Shown: positions 10,953 to 19,393 of the stretch, piece after piece | How positions within the stretch are numbered: the first letter of the stretch is position 1 | Layout: the number at the start of each line of letters is the position of its first letter | Assembly: GCA_963850305.1 (NCBI GenBank) | Contig: CAWKKR010000004.1 | Coordinates: forward strand, 1-64,000 | Source of the DNA: an uncultured delta proteobacterium | GTDB taxonomy: Bacteria > Myxococcota_A > Polyangia > Polyangiales > Polyangiaceae | DNA length: 64,000 bases | Reading direction: 5' to 3' | Made by a program: the position numbers and the translations under genes | The notes under the pieces: model-generated | Database searches by the model: none | Seen by the model: the letters and a program-made list of their open reading frames with translations, nothing else | Told to the model about the DNA's origin: nothing

Positions 10953-11665
10953 GGACGCACGGTCGCGGCGCCGCGGCGCCCTGGGACGTCGCGTGCGCCG
11001 CGATCGTGCTGATGGCCGCATACGGCGCCAAGCGTTTCTACGCGACCGCAACCGCCGCGGACCTCGACTTCATCCTCCGCCCCACGACGGCCCTCGTCGA
11101 GCGGGTGACGTCGGGGCACTTCATCCGGCGCGACGAGGGCTACGTGAGCATGTCGCTGTCCACGGTCATCGCCCCCGCCTGTGCCGGCATGAACTACCTC
11201 GTCGTCTCGTTCACCGCGCTCTCGCTTGCGTTCGTCGGCCGCGTGCGGACCCCCATCGCGAAGCTCGGCTTCATCGCCACGAGCGCGGGGCTCTCTTACG
11301 CCGCGACGCTCGCCGTCAATGCAGTCCGGATCGCGCTGGGGATCGCGCTCCACGAACGCGGCTTCTCTCCCTTCGGCGCAACGCCGTCCGAGGTCCATCG
11401 CATCGAAGGGGTCCTGGTTTACCTCGGGTCGCTCTTGATCTCGTTCTCGGCGATGGACGCTTTTCTGTCGTGCGGCCGCCCTGCGCGAAGCCTCGCGGTG
11501 CCGGTGTTGGTATACGTCGCCATGACCCTGGCGTTGCCGATTGCAAACGGCGCCGCGAGCTATCCCGGGTTCTGGGTTCACGCGATTGCGGTCCTCGCCG
11601 TCGCAGCGACGATGCTCGCGGTATTCGAGATGTCGCGCCTCGTCCGGCGGTCCGTCACGAGCTAG
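10949..11665 (+). CDS. xrtK: Exosortase K-like transpeptidase
   Basis: Multi-TM; LDFILRPT, IAPACAGMNY (Cys), NAVRI (Arg), VHRIEG (His); GTGA overlap with the VIT-VWA gene. Confidence 0.75.
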   Translation: MRTHGRGAAAPWDVACAAIVLMAAYGAKRFYATATAADLDFILRPTTALVERVTSGHFIRRDEGYVSMSLSTVIAPACAGMNYLVVSFTALSLAFVGRVRTPIAKLGFIATSAGLSYAATLAVNAVRIALGIALHERGFSPFGATPSEVHRIEGVLVYLGSLLISFSAMDAFLSCGRPARSLAVPVLVYVAMTLALPIANGAASYPGFWVHAIAVLAVAATMLAVFEMSRLVRRSVTS

Positions 11666-11678
11666 ACTGCTAGGTCTA

Positions 11679-12239
11679 GTGCCACGCCCATCCGCACCCA
11701 GACGAGTGAAGGGGTCGAACCTCATCGGGCTTGTGAAGCTCCTCCGTGGCCTCCGCAAGACGCGCCCGCTGCAGGGGTTGTCGCCGGCCGCCCTGGCGTT
11801 GCTCGATGAGCGCGTGCTCGTCACCGATTGGTATCCGTTCGAGCCGTTTCTCGAGTTCGTCGAGCTCACGTATCGGGACCTCCTGAAAGGGAGCGAAGAG
11901 GCGGCGCTCCAGATGGGCATTGCCGGCGGTCGTGAGGCGCTGGCCGGCGTACACAAGGCGTTCATCTCCCAGGGTGACGCGGCGGCCAGCTTGCTCGCCA
12001 TGAAGCCGGCCTGGCGCGCTTATTTCGACTTCGCCCAGCTCTCGGCGGAAAAGGTCGGCACGAATGCAGTCCGATTCAACCTCATCGACTATCCGGACGT
12101 CGGCGCAGCGCACGGAATGCTGATCGTCGGCTGGCACGTCGCGGCCGCGCGCCTCGCCGGGTCCGAGAAGGCTCGTGCCGAGGTCGTGCTCAAGCCTTGG
12201 ACGGGAGCTCCACACCTCGCGCACTGCGTTCACTTCTGA
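11679..12239 (+). CDS. Myxobacterial conserved hypothetical protein (DUF2378-like)
   Basis: VKGSNL...VLVTDWYPF...WRAYFDF pattern recalled from myxobacterial paralog families; start uncertain. Confidence 0.5.
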   Translation: MPRPSAPRRVKGSNLIGLVKLLRGLRKTRPLQGLSPAALALLDERVLVTDWYPFEPFLEFVELTYRDLLKGSEEAALQMGIAGGREALAGVHKAFISQGDAAASLLAMKPAWRAYFDFAQLSAEKVGTNAVRFNLIDYPDVGAAHGMLIVGWHVAAARLAGSEKARAEVVLKPWTGAPHLAHCVHF

Positions 12240-12269
12240 CCTGGATCTTGCGGGAAGCGGGGCGAGCCG

Positions 12270-13034
12270 GTGTATCCTGGCGTGATGCGTCGCCGGGTTC
12301 GACTTGGGCTCGTCCTTCTCGGATGCGCTGGCATCGGCTGCCGGGACAAGGCTACCCTGCACTGCCACGACGTGATGACGAGCGCGCAGGAGCTCGTGAA
12401 GAACGTGGACGCGAAGGACCCCGCGAGTCTGGAGGCGAGTCTCGCCGCGGTCGGCCAGGCCATCGATGCTTGCAAGGCCGCGAGCCGGACCAGCGAGGTG
12501 GATGCCCTGACGCGCGCGAAGAACGAGCTGGGCGCGCAGGTCGAGTACCTGAAAAAGAGGGCAGCGCGACCGGAGCGACGAAAAGCGTCACCCGCCGAAC
12601 TGGCGGCGCTCGTCGCAAGCGGAGATCCGAGCTGCCCGAAAGGGCAAGCGTACAAACAGGAGGCGAGCGGCAAGGAGATCCGCTGCACGGGTCACGAGCT
12701 CGTCGATATGACGGTCGCCGAAGCCACGACGTATTTCAACGACCGTGGCTACAAGGTGACGGCGATCGATGCTCCACCGACGCTCACGGCCGAGTACGGC
12801 GCCGAGAAATTCGTCTTCACCTACGCCGTGCCGAAGGACGAGCACGCGCCGCGCTGTCTCACGCTCTACCCTGCCCCGGGCATCCCGTTTCAAGAAGCCA
12901 CCGATCGCGCCACCGGAGTCCTGATGAGGAAGATTCCGAAGGACGGCGTCTTGAAGACGAGCCACGGGGAGCTCCCCATCCACGTGGACCAGACCGAGAC
13001 GACGCTCGTGATCCGACTCGGCGATTGCGGCTGA
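12270..13034 (+). CDS. Hypothetical lipoprotein
   Basis: Hydrophobic N-terminus with lipobox GIGC; GC3-biased codons. Confidence 0.6.
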   Translation: MYPGVMRRRVRLGLVLLGCAGIGCRDKATLHCHDVMTSAQELVKNVDAKDPASLEASLAAVGQAIDACKAASRTSEVDALTRAKNELGAQVEYLKKRAARPERRKASPAELAALVASGDPSCPKGQAYKQEASGKEIRCTGHELVDMTVAEATTYFNDRGYKVTAIDAPPTLTAEYGAEKFVFTYAVPKDEHAPRCLTLYPAPGIPFQEATDRATGVLMRKIPKDGVLKTSHGELPIHVDQTETTLVIRLGDCG

Positions 13035-13045
13035 GCTCGACTCGA

Positions 13046-13291
13046 TCAGCAGGTCGGCAGCAGTGCCAGGCTGTTGTGCGGAGCAGCCTCGGGCTTCGTG
13101 TCGAGGACGCCCGAGACGGCGCGAACGTAGGAGCGGCGCGCCTTCTCCTGAACGTAATAGCTCTTCCGCCCCGAATTGATGTCTCGAACGACGTCGTTCG
13201 CGCGTCGCGGAGACCAGCTCTGCCCGGGATTGCAGAGTGCGATGATGTTGCCGTTGCGATCTTTCTTCGTCGACCTAACTCTTCGGTCCAT
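13046..13291 (-). CDS. DUF3892-like small protein
   Basis: KDRNGNIIAL..W...VVRDI.SG..YYV...N.L..LP pattern; GGAGAG RBS. Confidence 0.7.
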   Translation of the reverse strand: MDRRVRSTKKDRNGNIIALCNPGQSWSPRRANDVVRDINSGRKSYYVQEKARRSYVRAVSGVLDTKPEAAPHNSLALLPTC

Positions 13292-13330
13292 GTTCGTTCT
13301 CTCCGTCGGTAGATGTGGCGCGGGGACTCG

Positions 13331-13660
13331 TCAAACCGCCCGGACGGCGTGCAGCTCGCGCGTGACCGCCTCCCAGTTGAAGACCTGGAGTTTCGGTACC
13401 TGAACCCCCCAGGCACTGACGACCCCGCGGAGAGCGTCCGCCGGCGTCGCTCCCCAGGCGTCCACGACAGATGGCCCGTCCCCCGTTCCGAGCCGCGTCT
13501 CCACGTGCCAATCCCCGGAATCGAGCGGGCTCTGGCGCGGGCGGATATGAACGGACAGCACGGAAGGCCCGTCCGTGAGCTCGAAGACCTTGGCGTCCTT
13601 CAGTCGGTATTGAACGGTGACCCTAAGACCGTCGATGGGTTTTGATTTGTTCGATCGCAA
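13331..13660 (-). CDS. Hypothetical protein
   Basis: Non-repetitive, protein-like ORF co-oriented with neighbours. Confidence 0.5.
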   Translation of the reverse strand: MRSNKSKPIDGLRVTVQYRLKDAKVFELTDGPSVLSVHIRPRQSPLDSGDWHVETRLGTGDGPSVVDAWGATPADALRGVVSAWGVQVPKLQVFNWEAVTRELHAVRAV

Positions 13661-13743
13661 TGACGCAGGCTAGCACCTCTGCCGCGATAACACCCGTTCG
13701 ATGTGCCGATTTCTTCCAATTGCGAAGGATCGGGGCCCGGTCG

Positions 13744-14139
13744 TCATGAGGCGCGAGGGGCGAACCGCGGTGGAATCGCTTCGCACTTCGCGCGTTCGAC
13801 CAAACTAGTGAGTGCGTCCACGTCGAAAGGCTTCGCCAGGAAGTACGGCGTTCCGATCACGAAGGCGATGCGAGACAAATTGGGGTGCCCGGAGAGAAGG
13901 ATGACCGGAATGTTCTCGCGCCCCAGATCCTCGACGAACAGCCGGTACACCATCGCCGGACCGTCGAGCACCGGCATCTCCACGTCGGTGATGACGATCT
14001 GGGGAAAGCGCACGTCGATCATTCGCAGCGCCTCTTCCCCGTCCTTCGCAGTGCGGAGACCGTACCCGCGCATCCGGAGCAAATCACCCAGGAGCGCGGA
14101 AGTGTCTTCGTCGTCTTCAGCCAGCAGGATGTCCAGCAT
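13744..14139 (-). CDS. Single-domain response regulator
   Basis: MLDILLAEDD, ITDVEMPVLDG, LAKPF. Confidence 0.88.
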   Translation of the reverse strand: MLDILLAEDDEDTSALLGDLLRMRGYGLRTAKDGEEALRMIDVRFPQIVITDVEMPVLDGPAMVYRLFVEDLGRENIPVILLSGHPNLSRIAFVIGTPYFLAKPFDVDALTSLVERAKCEAIPPRFAPRAS

Positions 14140-15541
14140 CGCGCTCCCCTTCGCTCGGCGCGGGCGACCGGCGTAGGTCCGGCGTCGCGCGGTCCTTGGG
14201 CGAGATCGGGAGGGTGACGCAGAAGGTACTGCCTTTTCCGAGCTCACTCTCGACGATCAGACTGCCGCCATGAGCCTCCGCGACGGACCGGGAGACGTAC
14301 AGACCGAGCCCCACGCCGGCAATCTCCTCGTGCGCGGAGATCGCCCGCTGGAACGGTAAAAAGATCCGCTCCTGATCCTCCGGAGCGATGCCGCGACCCT
14401 CGTCGGTGACCGCGACGCGGATCCCCTCTTTGACGCCCGTCACCCCGACGCGGACGCAACTGCCCGGCGAAGAATATTTGATGGCGTTGCTGAGCAGGTT
14501 GTTGAGGAGCTGTTCGATACGTTGAATGTCGCAGCGAAACCGGAGCGGGCCTCCCGGACGGTCGAGCTCGATGATGTGGTGCGGCGTCATCGTGCGGAAC
14601 AGCTCGACGCATTCCCCGACGAGCTGACACGCTTCGGAGTCCTGGAGCCGGAGTTCGAGATCGCCACTCTCGGCGCGCAGGACCCCGAGACTGTCTCCGA
14701 CGATACCGTTCAGGCGCGTCAGCTGACGCCGGATGAGTGTGAACAGATCCCTTATCCGGCGCTCGGGCGGCAGTGGTTGTTCGGACGATACGAACTGCGT
14801 CGCGAGCTGGATGGCCGACAGCGGAGTGCGCAGGTCGTGCAGGACCGCGCCGGCGTAAGCCAGCCGATCGTGCCGCGCACGCTGCAGAGCCGCGGCGGTC
14901 CTGTTGAACGTCCGCGCCATCCCCCGCATTTCGGTCGTGCCGCTCTCCTTCGCCCGCGCGTTCAAGTCCCCCGTCGAGAATCGGACCATCACGCCCTGGA
15001 GCTGCGACAGCGGCGCGAACGCGTATCGCCAGAGCCACCACAGGAACGCCGACACGCAAAGCGCCAGAACGAGGGCCATCGCCACTCCGAGCGTGTTCGC
15101 AAGAAGGTCCATCTGCGCCGCGCGCCGCCGCGCGACCTCCATCGAGTCGAAGTGTTCGAGCGCGAGGCGCCGCGCCGACGCGAGCGACGCCGCGAACGAG
15201 GAGGATTCCGCCTGCGGCGATCCGGCCTCCAGGTAATGCGTCACCTCTTTCCGGAGCTTCTGGAGCTGCGACCCGTCCGTCTCACGCGCCCCCTGGGCAC
15301 GGTCAATCTGCTCCTTGATGGCCGCCGCTTCCGTCAGCCGGAAAGTCGTGTCCGTGGTGAACCGATGCAGCAGCAGCGACGACTCCACGTCCGAGATCCT
15401 CCGGAAGTCCTCCATGGACCGGGCGAGGTCCGAGACGCGGTCGTGCATGAGCGTCGTCAGGGCAACCAGCGCCACACACGCCAGCCCGGCAATGGCGGCC
15501 TGGGTCAAAGACGCCCACATCAGTGCCGTACGCATTCGCAT
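14117..15541 (-). CDS. HAMP-domain sensor histidine kinase
   Basis: Two TMs, HDLRTPL, NLLSNAIKYS, DEGRGI, GVGLGL. Confidence 0.9.
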   Translation of the reverse strand: MRMRTALMWASLTQAAIAGLACVALVALTTLMHDRVSDLARSMEDFRRISDVESSLLLHRFTTDTTFRLTEAAAIKEQIDRAQGARETDGSQLQKLRKEVTHYLEAGSPQAESSSFAASLASARRLALEHFDSMEVARRRAAQMDLLANTLGVAMALVLALCVSAFLWWLWRYAFAPLSQLQGVMVRFSTGDLNARAKESGTTEMRGMARTFNRTAAALQRARHDRLAYAGAVLHDLRTPLSAIQLATQFVSSEQPLPPERRIRDLFTLIRRQLTRLNGIVGDSLGVLRAESGDLELRLQDSEACQLVGECVELFRTMTPHHIIELDRPGGPLRFRCDIQRIEQLLNNLLSNAIKYSSPGSCVRVGVTGVKEGIRVAVTDEGRGIAPEDQERIFLPFQRAISAHEEIAGVGLGLYVSRSVAEAHGGSLIVESELGKGSTFCVTLPISPKDRATPDLRRSPAPSEGERDAGHPAG

Positions 15542-15795
15542 GTTCCCCCCAGAAATGTGTGAAACTTCCGCAATGGGCGCCGCGCCGTGGCGCCGCGCCG
15601 TCACCTCGATCGTGACACCGGGCGCGACGGCGCTCGGCAGCGTCATTCACATAGGCGGCCGCGCGAGGAATCACAAGGAGAAGGATGAGCGCCGCGGTCA
15701 TCTCCGCGACGTTTGATCCCGACCATCCGTCTGGTCAGTACTTCCGCATCGACGAGCAGCGTCGTCCCCAAGGAATGAAAGCGGTGCGGAACTAC

Positions 15796-16007
15796 GCGAG
15801 CGCAGCGAGCCCGCCGAAGGCGGCGGGGGAGCGGTTGCGAAGCAAGCCGCGGGGGCAAGACCCCCTTGCGAGCACGAGCCCGCCGAAGGCGGCGGGGGAG
15901 CGGTTGCGAAGCAAGCCGCGGGGGGCAAGACCCCCTTGCGAGCACGAGCCCGCCGAAGGCGGCGGGGGAGCGGTTGCGAAGCAAGCCGCGGGGGGTCAAG
16001 ACCCCCC
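15796..16007. repeat. Three tandem 69-70 bp REP-like units, each with three hairpins
   Basis: Units start at 15806, 15875, 15945: CCGCC-GAA-GGCGG, GCGGTTGC-GAA-GCAAGCCGC, GGGG(T)CAAGACCCC. Confidence 0.9.
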
Positions 16008-16051
16008 GGAACCCAAGGAGTGGACCGACCGGAAAACCAGAGCGACCCCGG

Positions 16052-17050
16052 CTACCCGCCGAAGTCTTGATTCATCCAGACGTCGCCGTTGGGCATCAGA
16101 TAGAAACCGCAAGAAACGACGGTGGAGCTCGGATCGGACATGTTCAGGTAGTGGCCGTACTCGAGAAAGCACGCGGGTTGGTTGTTGAAGTATTCGTCGA
16201 TGCACTGCTGTCGACCTTCGGGAGGCGCGCCTTCGTTCCACATGCCCTGCAGGCACGCCTCGAGCGCACCCTCGACGCCTCCGTATTGATTCGGCGGCCA
16301 GCCCGGGCAGGTATCCTGAGCACCCATGCCCGGACATTTGCCGGCCGAACCGTGGGCGACGCCCGAGGTTGCGTCCGCCTGGGCCCCCTGGTCGGAGCAC
16401 GTTTCGACGCTCGCACCGGCGAGCGTGAGCGGCGCCAGGCCGCCGACTGTTGCGCGATACGCGTTGATCGCATCGACACAAGCTTGCCGGAGGGCATCGA
16501 CATCGCCGAGTGGATTCGCTCCGCCCGCGCCGCCACTCGACGACACCCCACCACTCGAAGACACCCCACCACTCGAAGACACCCCACCACTCGAAGACAC
16601 CCCGCCGCTCGACGACATCCCACCACTCGACGACACCCCGCCGCTCGACGACATCCCACCACTCGACGACGCGCCGCCGTTGCCGCTGCCATCGACACCG
16701 CCGCTCGACGACGTGCCACCGTTGCCGCTGCCGTCGATACCGCCGCTTCCCGTGGCGCCGCCGCTGTTCGCCGCCGCGTGACAGTCGTCGAGATCGATCT
16801 GACACGACGACGTGCACGACACGTTGCCGATCGGGCGCTGGCCCGACGTGAGCGTCGAACAATTCGCCGCCGCCGGTCCGTCGCATTGCTCGCCAGGATC
16901 GAGCACGCCATTGCCGCACAGGACTCCGGGTGACTTCGAGGCGCCTCCGGCGGAGCACGCGACTTGAAGCAGCGCCCACGGTACCAGCCAGCGGCACGCC
17001 GTCATCGCGCGCCGGATAACACCCGCCATGCGCGAGAGGCTGCGCCTCAT
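16052..17050 (-). CDS. Secreted CAP (SCP/PR-1)-like protein with myxobacterial Cys-rich repeat and Ser/Gly linker
   Basis: Lipobox-like LQVAC; CGNGVLDPGEQCD; (SSSGGV)n; CVDAINAYR...GHYLNM...VSCGF...WMNQDF. Confidence 0.72.
   Translation of the reverse strand: MRRSLSRMAGVIRRAMTACRWLVPWALLQVACSAGGASKSPGVLCGNGVLDPGEQCDGPAAANCSTLTSGQRPIGNVSCTSSCQIDLDDCHAAANSGGATGSGGIDGSGNGGTSSSGGVDGSGNGGASSSGGMSSSGGVSSSGGMSSSGGVSSSGGVSSSGGVSSSGGVSSSGGAGGANPLGDVDALRQACVDAINAYRATVGGLAPLTLAGASVETCSDQGAQADATSGVAHGSAGKCPGMGAQDTCPGWPPNQYGGVEGALEACLQGMWNEGAPPEGRQQCIDEYFNNQPACFLEYGHYLNMSDPSSTVVSCGFYLMPNGDVWMNQDFGG
16530..16675. repeat. Intragenic 18-bp tandem repeat encoding SSSGG(V/M)
   Basis: ccaccactcgaagacacc and variants repeated in tandem. 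Confidence 0.85.
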
Positions 17051-17199
17051 CTCAGGGGAGTTCCACCGGTTTCGTGGGCGTCACAACTTTGTAGGCACCG
17101 TGTTGCGACCGGCGGCCCCGACCCGAAGGAGCGTCGGCGCGTCCGTCCGCCGCGACTCGCGCCGGTGCAGTGCGATTGCAAACGGACCGCGACGACACG

Positions 17200-17655
17200 T
17201 CCGTGAGCCTCGAGAGCCACCTCTCGAGCCGCGAGGACGCGTCCGTCGGCGTCGAGAGGCGCGTCTCGAGCCTCGTGAGGCATGTCTCGAGCCTCGTGAA
17301 GCACGTCTCGAGCGTCGAGAGGCATGTCTCGAGCGTCGTGAAGCGCGTCTCGAGCGTCGAGAAGCGCGTCTCGAGCGTCGTGAAGCGCGTCTCGAGCGTC
17401 GAGAGGCGCGTCTCGAGCGTCGAGAGGCATGTCTCGAGCCTCGTGAAGCACGTCTCGAGCCGCGAGGACGCGTCCGTCGGCGTCGAGAGGCGCGTCTCGA
17501 GCGTCGAGAGGCACGTCTCGAGCCGCGAGGACGCGTCCGTCGGCGTCGAGAGGCGCGTCTCGAGCCTCGTGAGGCATGTCTCGAGCCTCGTGAAGCACGT
17601 CTCGAGCGTCGTGAGGCACGTCTCGAGCTGCGTGAAGCACGTCTCGAGCCTCGAC
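17200..17655. repeat. 21-bp tandem array, about 22 units
   Basis: Consensus GTCTCGAGC[C/G]TCG[T/A]GA[A/G]GC[A/G][C/T] in strict 21-bp phase from 17221 to 17641; a 42-bp variant block occurs three times. Confidence 0.95.
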
Positions 17656-17703
17656 ACTCTTCGAATGTCAACGTCACGCCAATCGCGTGTAAGCTGTAGC
17701 GTT

Positions 17704-17955
17704 ATCACTCCATCCCCGAACTTCGCTTACCTCGCGCACCACGATACGCGGCTCGTCGCTCTCGCGACGCAGGCCGAGGAGCACTTCGCCGGGGACCCGA
17801 CTGTCACGCTGGTCAAGCTGCGGCAGTTCGGGGAAGTGCTGGCACAGCGGGCGGCAGCCAAGGTGGCGCTGTACACGGGCCCGACGGAGGGTCAGCAGCA
17901 GCTCATCGATCGGCTCTACGAGCGAAACGTCATCGGCGCGACGCAGCGGTCCCTG
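17704..17955 (+). pseudogene. hsdR: Type I restriction subunit HsdR, N-terminal remnant
   Basis: SPNFAYL...AEEHFAGDP...LVKLRQFGEVLA...QQQLIDRL resembles the EcoKI-type HsdR N-terminus; truncated after about 85 aa; no normal start codon. Confidence 0.7.
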
Positions 17956-18066
17956 GGCTTCTGCCAGCTCTCGGTCGAAGAGATCCGGCACGATGCCGTT
18001 CCTTCTCCACCATGTCACGACGGTCGTGGCTCGGGCATCGGCCGCCGGTGTGAACCGAACCTTCAA
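17956..18066 (-). pseudogene. RelE/ParE-like toxin, truncated N-terminal fragment
   Basis: MKVRFTPAA...WWRRN...PDLFDRELAEA then runs into antisense hsdR; overlaps the antitoxin stop. Confidence 0.6.
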
Positions 18067-18308
18067 CGGATAGCTCGAAGCTTGGCCATCACGACGTCGG
18101 CATCGATCAGCTTACCCTCCTGGGCTTGCTTGACCGACAGGTCCAGGGCCTCGTGAAGCCGTTCCCGTTCTTCATCATCGAGGTAGTCCCCGCCGCTGGC
18201 CAGGACTTCATCGACGGGCACGAGTTCGACGACTTCACCTTCCGGCAGATCCGTCGGTTCATCGAGAACGAGCCTGCCGTTCTTCACGTGGGCCTTCAGG
18301 GCATGCAT
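18063..18308 (-). CDS. Putative type II antitoxin
   Basis: LKAHVKNGRLVLDEPTDLPEG N-terminus, acidic LDDEERERL...G.LIDADVV tail, directly upstream of the toxin fragment. Confidence 0.65.
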   Translation of the reverse strand: MHALKAHVKNGRLVLDEPTDLPEGEVVELVPVDEVLASGGDYLDDEERERLHEALDLSVKQAQEGKLIDADVVMAKLRAIR

Positions 18309-18388
18309 CGTGACCGGAATGTACTCCTTCGAAGCCGGGCCCGTCGAAGGCCGGAGCATCCCGCGGCGAACCGCCCGGAGCACCGTCG

Positions 18389-18751
18389 TCAGGCCACGAC
18401 CACGTCGAGCGTGCGGCAGAGCCTGCGGACCGCGGCGTCCGCGCTGTGAAGACGGGAGCCGGACCTGACGGCCGCGAGGACGATCTGCGCGTCTGCCCAG
18501 CCCACGCCAGACCCCGCGAACGCGCGACCATGGCGCTCGATGAACGTCCGCGTCTCGGTCGCCCCGGGGCTCGGCACGCGGGGCAACGCGAGCAGGTCTC
18601 GCGCGATGTGCCGGGGCAGCCCCGAACCGAGCAAGAGCTCACCGATCACGACGTCGCACGTACGTACGAGCTGTTCGGTCAGAAAGGTCACGAGCCGCGG
18701 GTCCATCTTCTTGAAGTGGTGAATCCACGCGCTGGTGTCGACGAGGATCAC
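18389..18751 (-). CDS. vapC: VapC PIN-domain toxin
   Basis: ILVDTSAWI, VIGELL.G, GWADAQI, L.S.D acidic PIN motifs. Confidence 0.88.
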   Translation of the reverse strand: MILVDTSAWIHHFKKMDPRLVTFLTEQLVRTCDVVIGELLLGSGLPRHIARDLLALPRVPSPGATETRTFIERHGRAFAGSGVGWADAQIVLAAVRSGSRLHSADAAVRRLCRTLDVVVA

Positions 18752-18954
18752 GTTTTCTTCCACGCTGAGCGCTTCGGGCGCCGCGCTCGGGGCGCCGTGC
18801 CTCCCATCGCCGCGAGACGCTCGGAAGCCTCGCGGGCGAGGAGCGAGCGCAGACCCCGCTGGACCAACTCCGTCTTGGTGACGCCGGGATGAGCCTCGGT
18901 GACCTCCTTCAGGAGCGCCTGATCGACGTTCAACGTCATCCGTACGGTATGCAT
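18748..18954 (-). CDS. vapB: VapB antitoxin
   Basis: RMTLNVDQALL...KTELV..GL..L.AREA..RLA.MGG; GTGA overlap with vapC. Confidence 0.85.
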   Translation of the reverse strand: MHTVRMTLNVDQALLKEVTEAHPGVTKTELVQRGLRSLLAREASERLAAMGGTAPRARRPKRSAWKKT

Positions 18955-19053
18955 GAAACTGTATTAAACGTACGCATCCACTCCGTCAAACGGCGCACCC
19001 GGACGGCCAAGGACGCGGTGCCTTTCTCCCTGTAAGATGGCCGGCTCGACCCC

Positions 19054-19205
19054 ATGCCCACGACCCAGGACATCGTCCAGAAGCTCTGGAACCTCTGTCA
19101 CGTCCTTCGCGACGACGGCGTCACGTATCACGAGTACGTCACGGAGCTCACGTTCCTGCTCTTCCTCAAGATGGCGAAGGAGACGGGCGTGGAAGATCAG
19201 CTCCC
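19054..19205 (+). pseudogene. hsdM: Type I methyltransferase HsdM, N-terminal remnant
   Basis: DIVQKLWNLCHVLRDDGVTYHEYVTELTFLLFLKM; similarity ends after about 50 aa. Confidence 0.85.
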
Positions 19206-19345
19206 TATGCTCAAAAGGGTCGCCTTGGGCGCATGCCGATTGTTCTCGCCCCGCTCGAGGAGCAGCAGCGAATATGCAACTTGTTGGAATCCGGAAGCTC
19301 ACGGTGGGACGAGACATCGGCCGGGGTTGATAGACTCATTAGATT
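19206..19345 (+). pseudogene. hsdS: Type I specificity subunit HsdS, internal remnant
   Basis: KGRLGRMPIVLAPLEEQQRICNLLE matches the conserved P.P.L.EQ.RI HsdS motif. Confidence 0.6.
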
Positions 19346-19393
19346 AGAGCCTGCGGCGCCGAACGCCCCCAACCAGAACCGACGAAAAAGGTT

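Noticed and set aside
15796..16007. CRISPR array or tRNA cluster
   Set aside because: Whole units repeat without spacers; no cloverleaf, T-loop or CCA
15685..16188. 167-aa ORF with strong RBS
   Set aside because: Only about 37 codons are unique before it enters the hairpin repeats and the antisense of the CAP gene; not supportable as a gene
17200..17655. CRISPR array
   Set aside because: Units are contiguous with no unique spacers, and no cas genes are present
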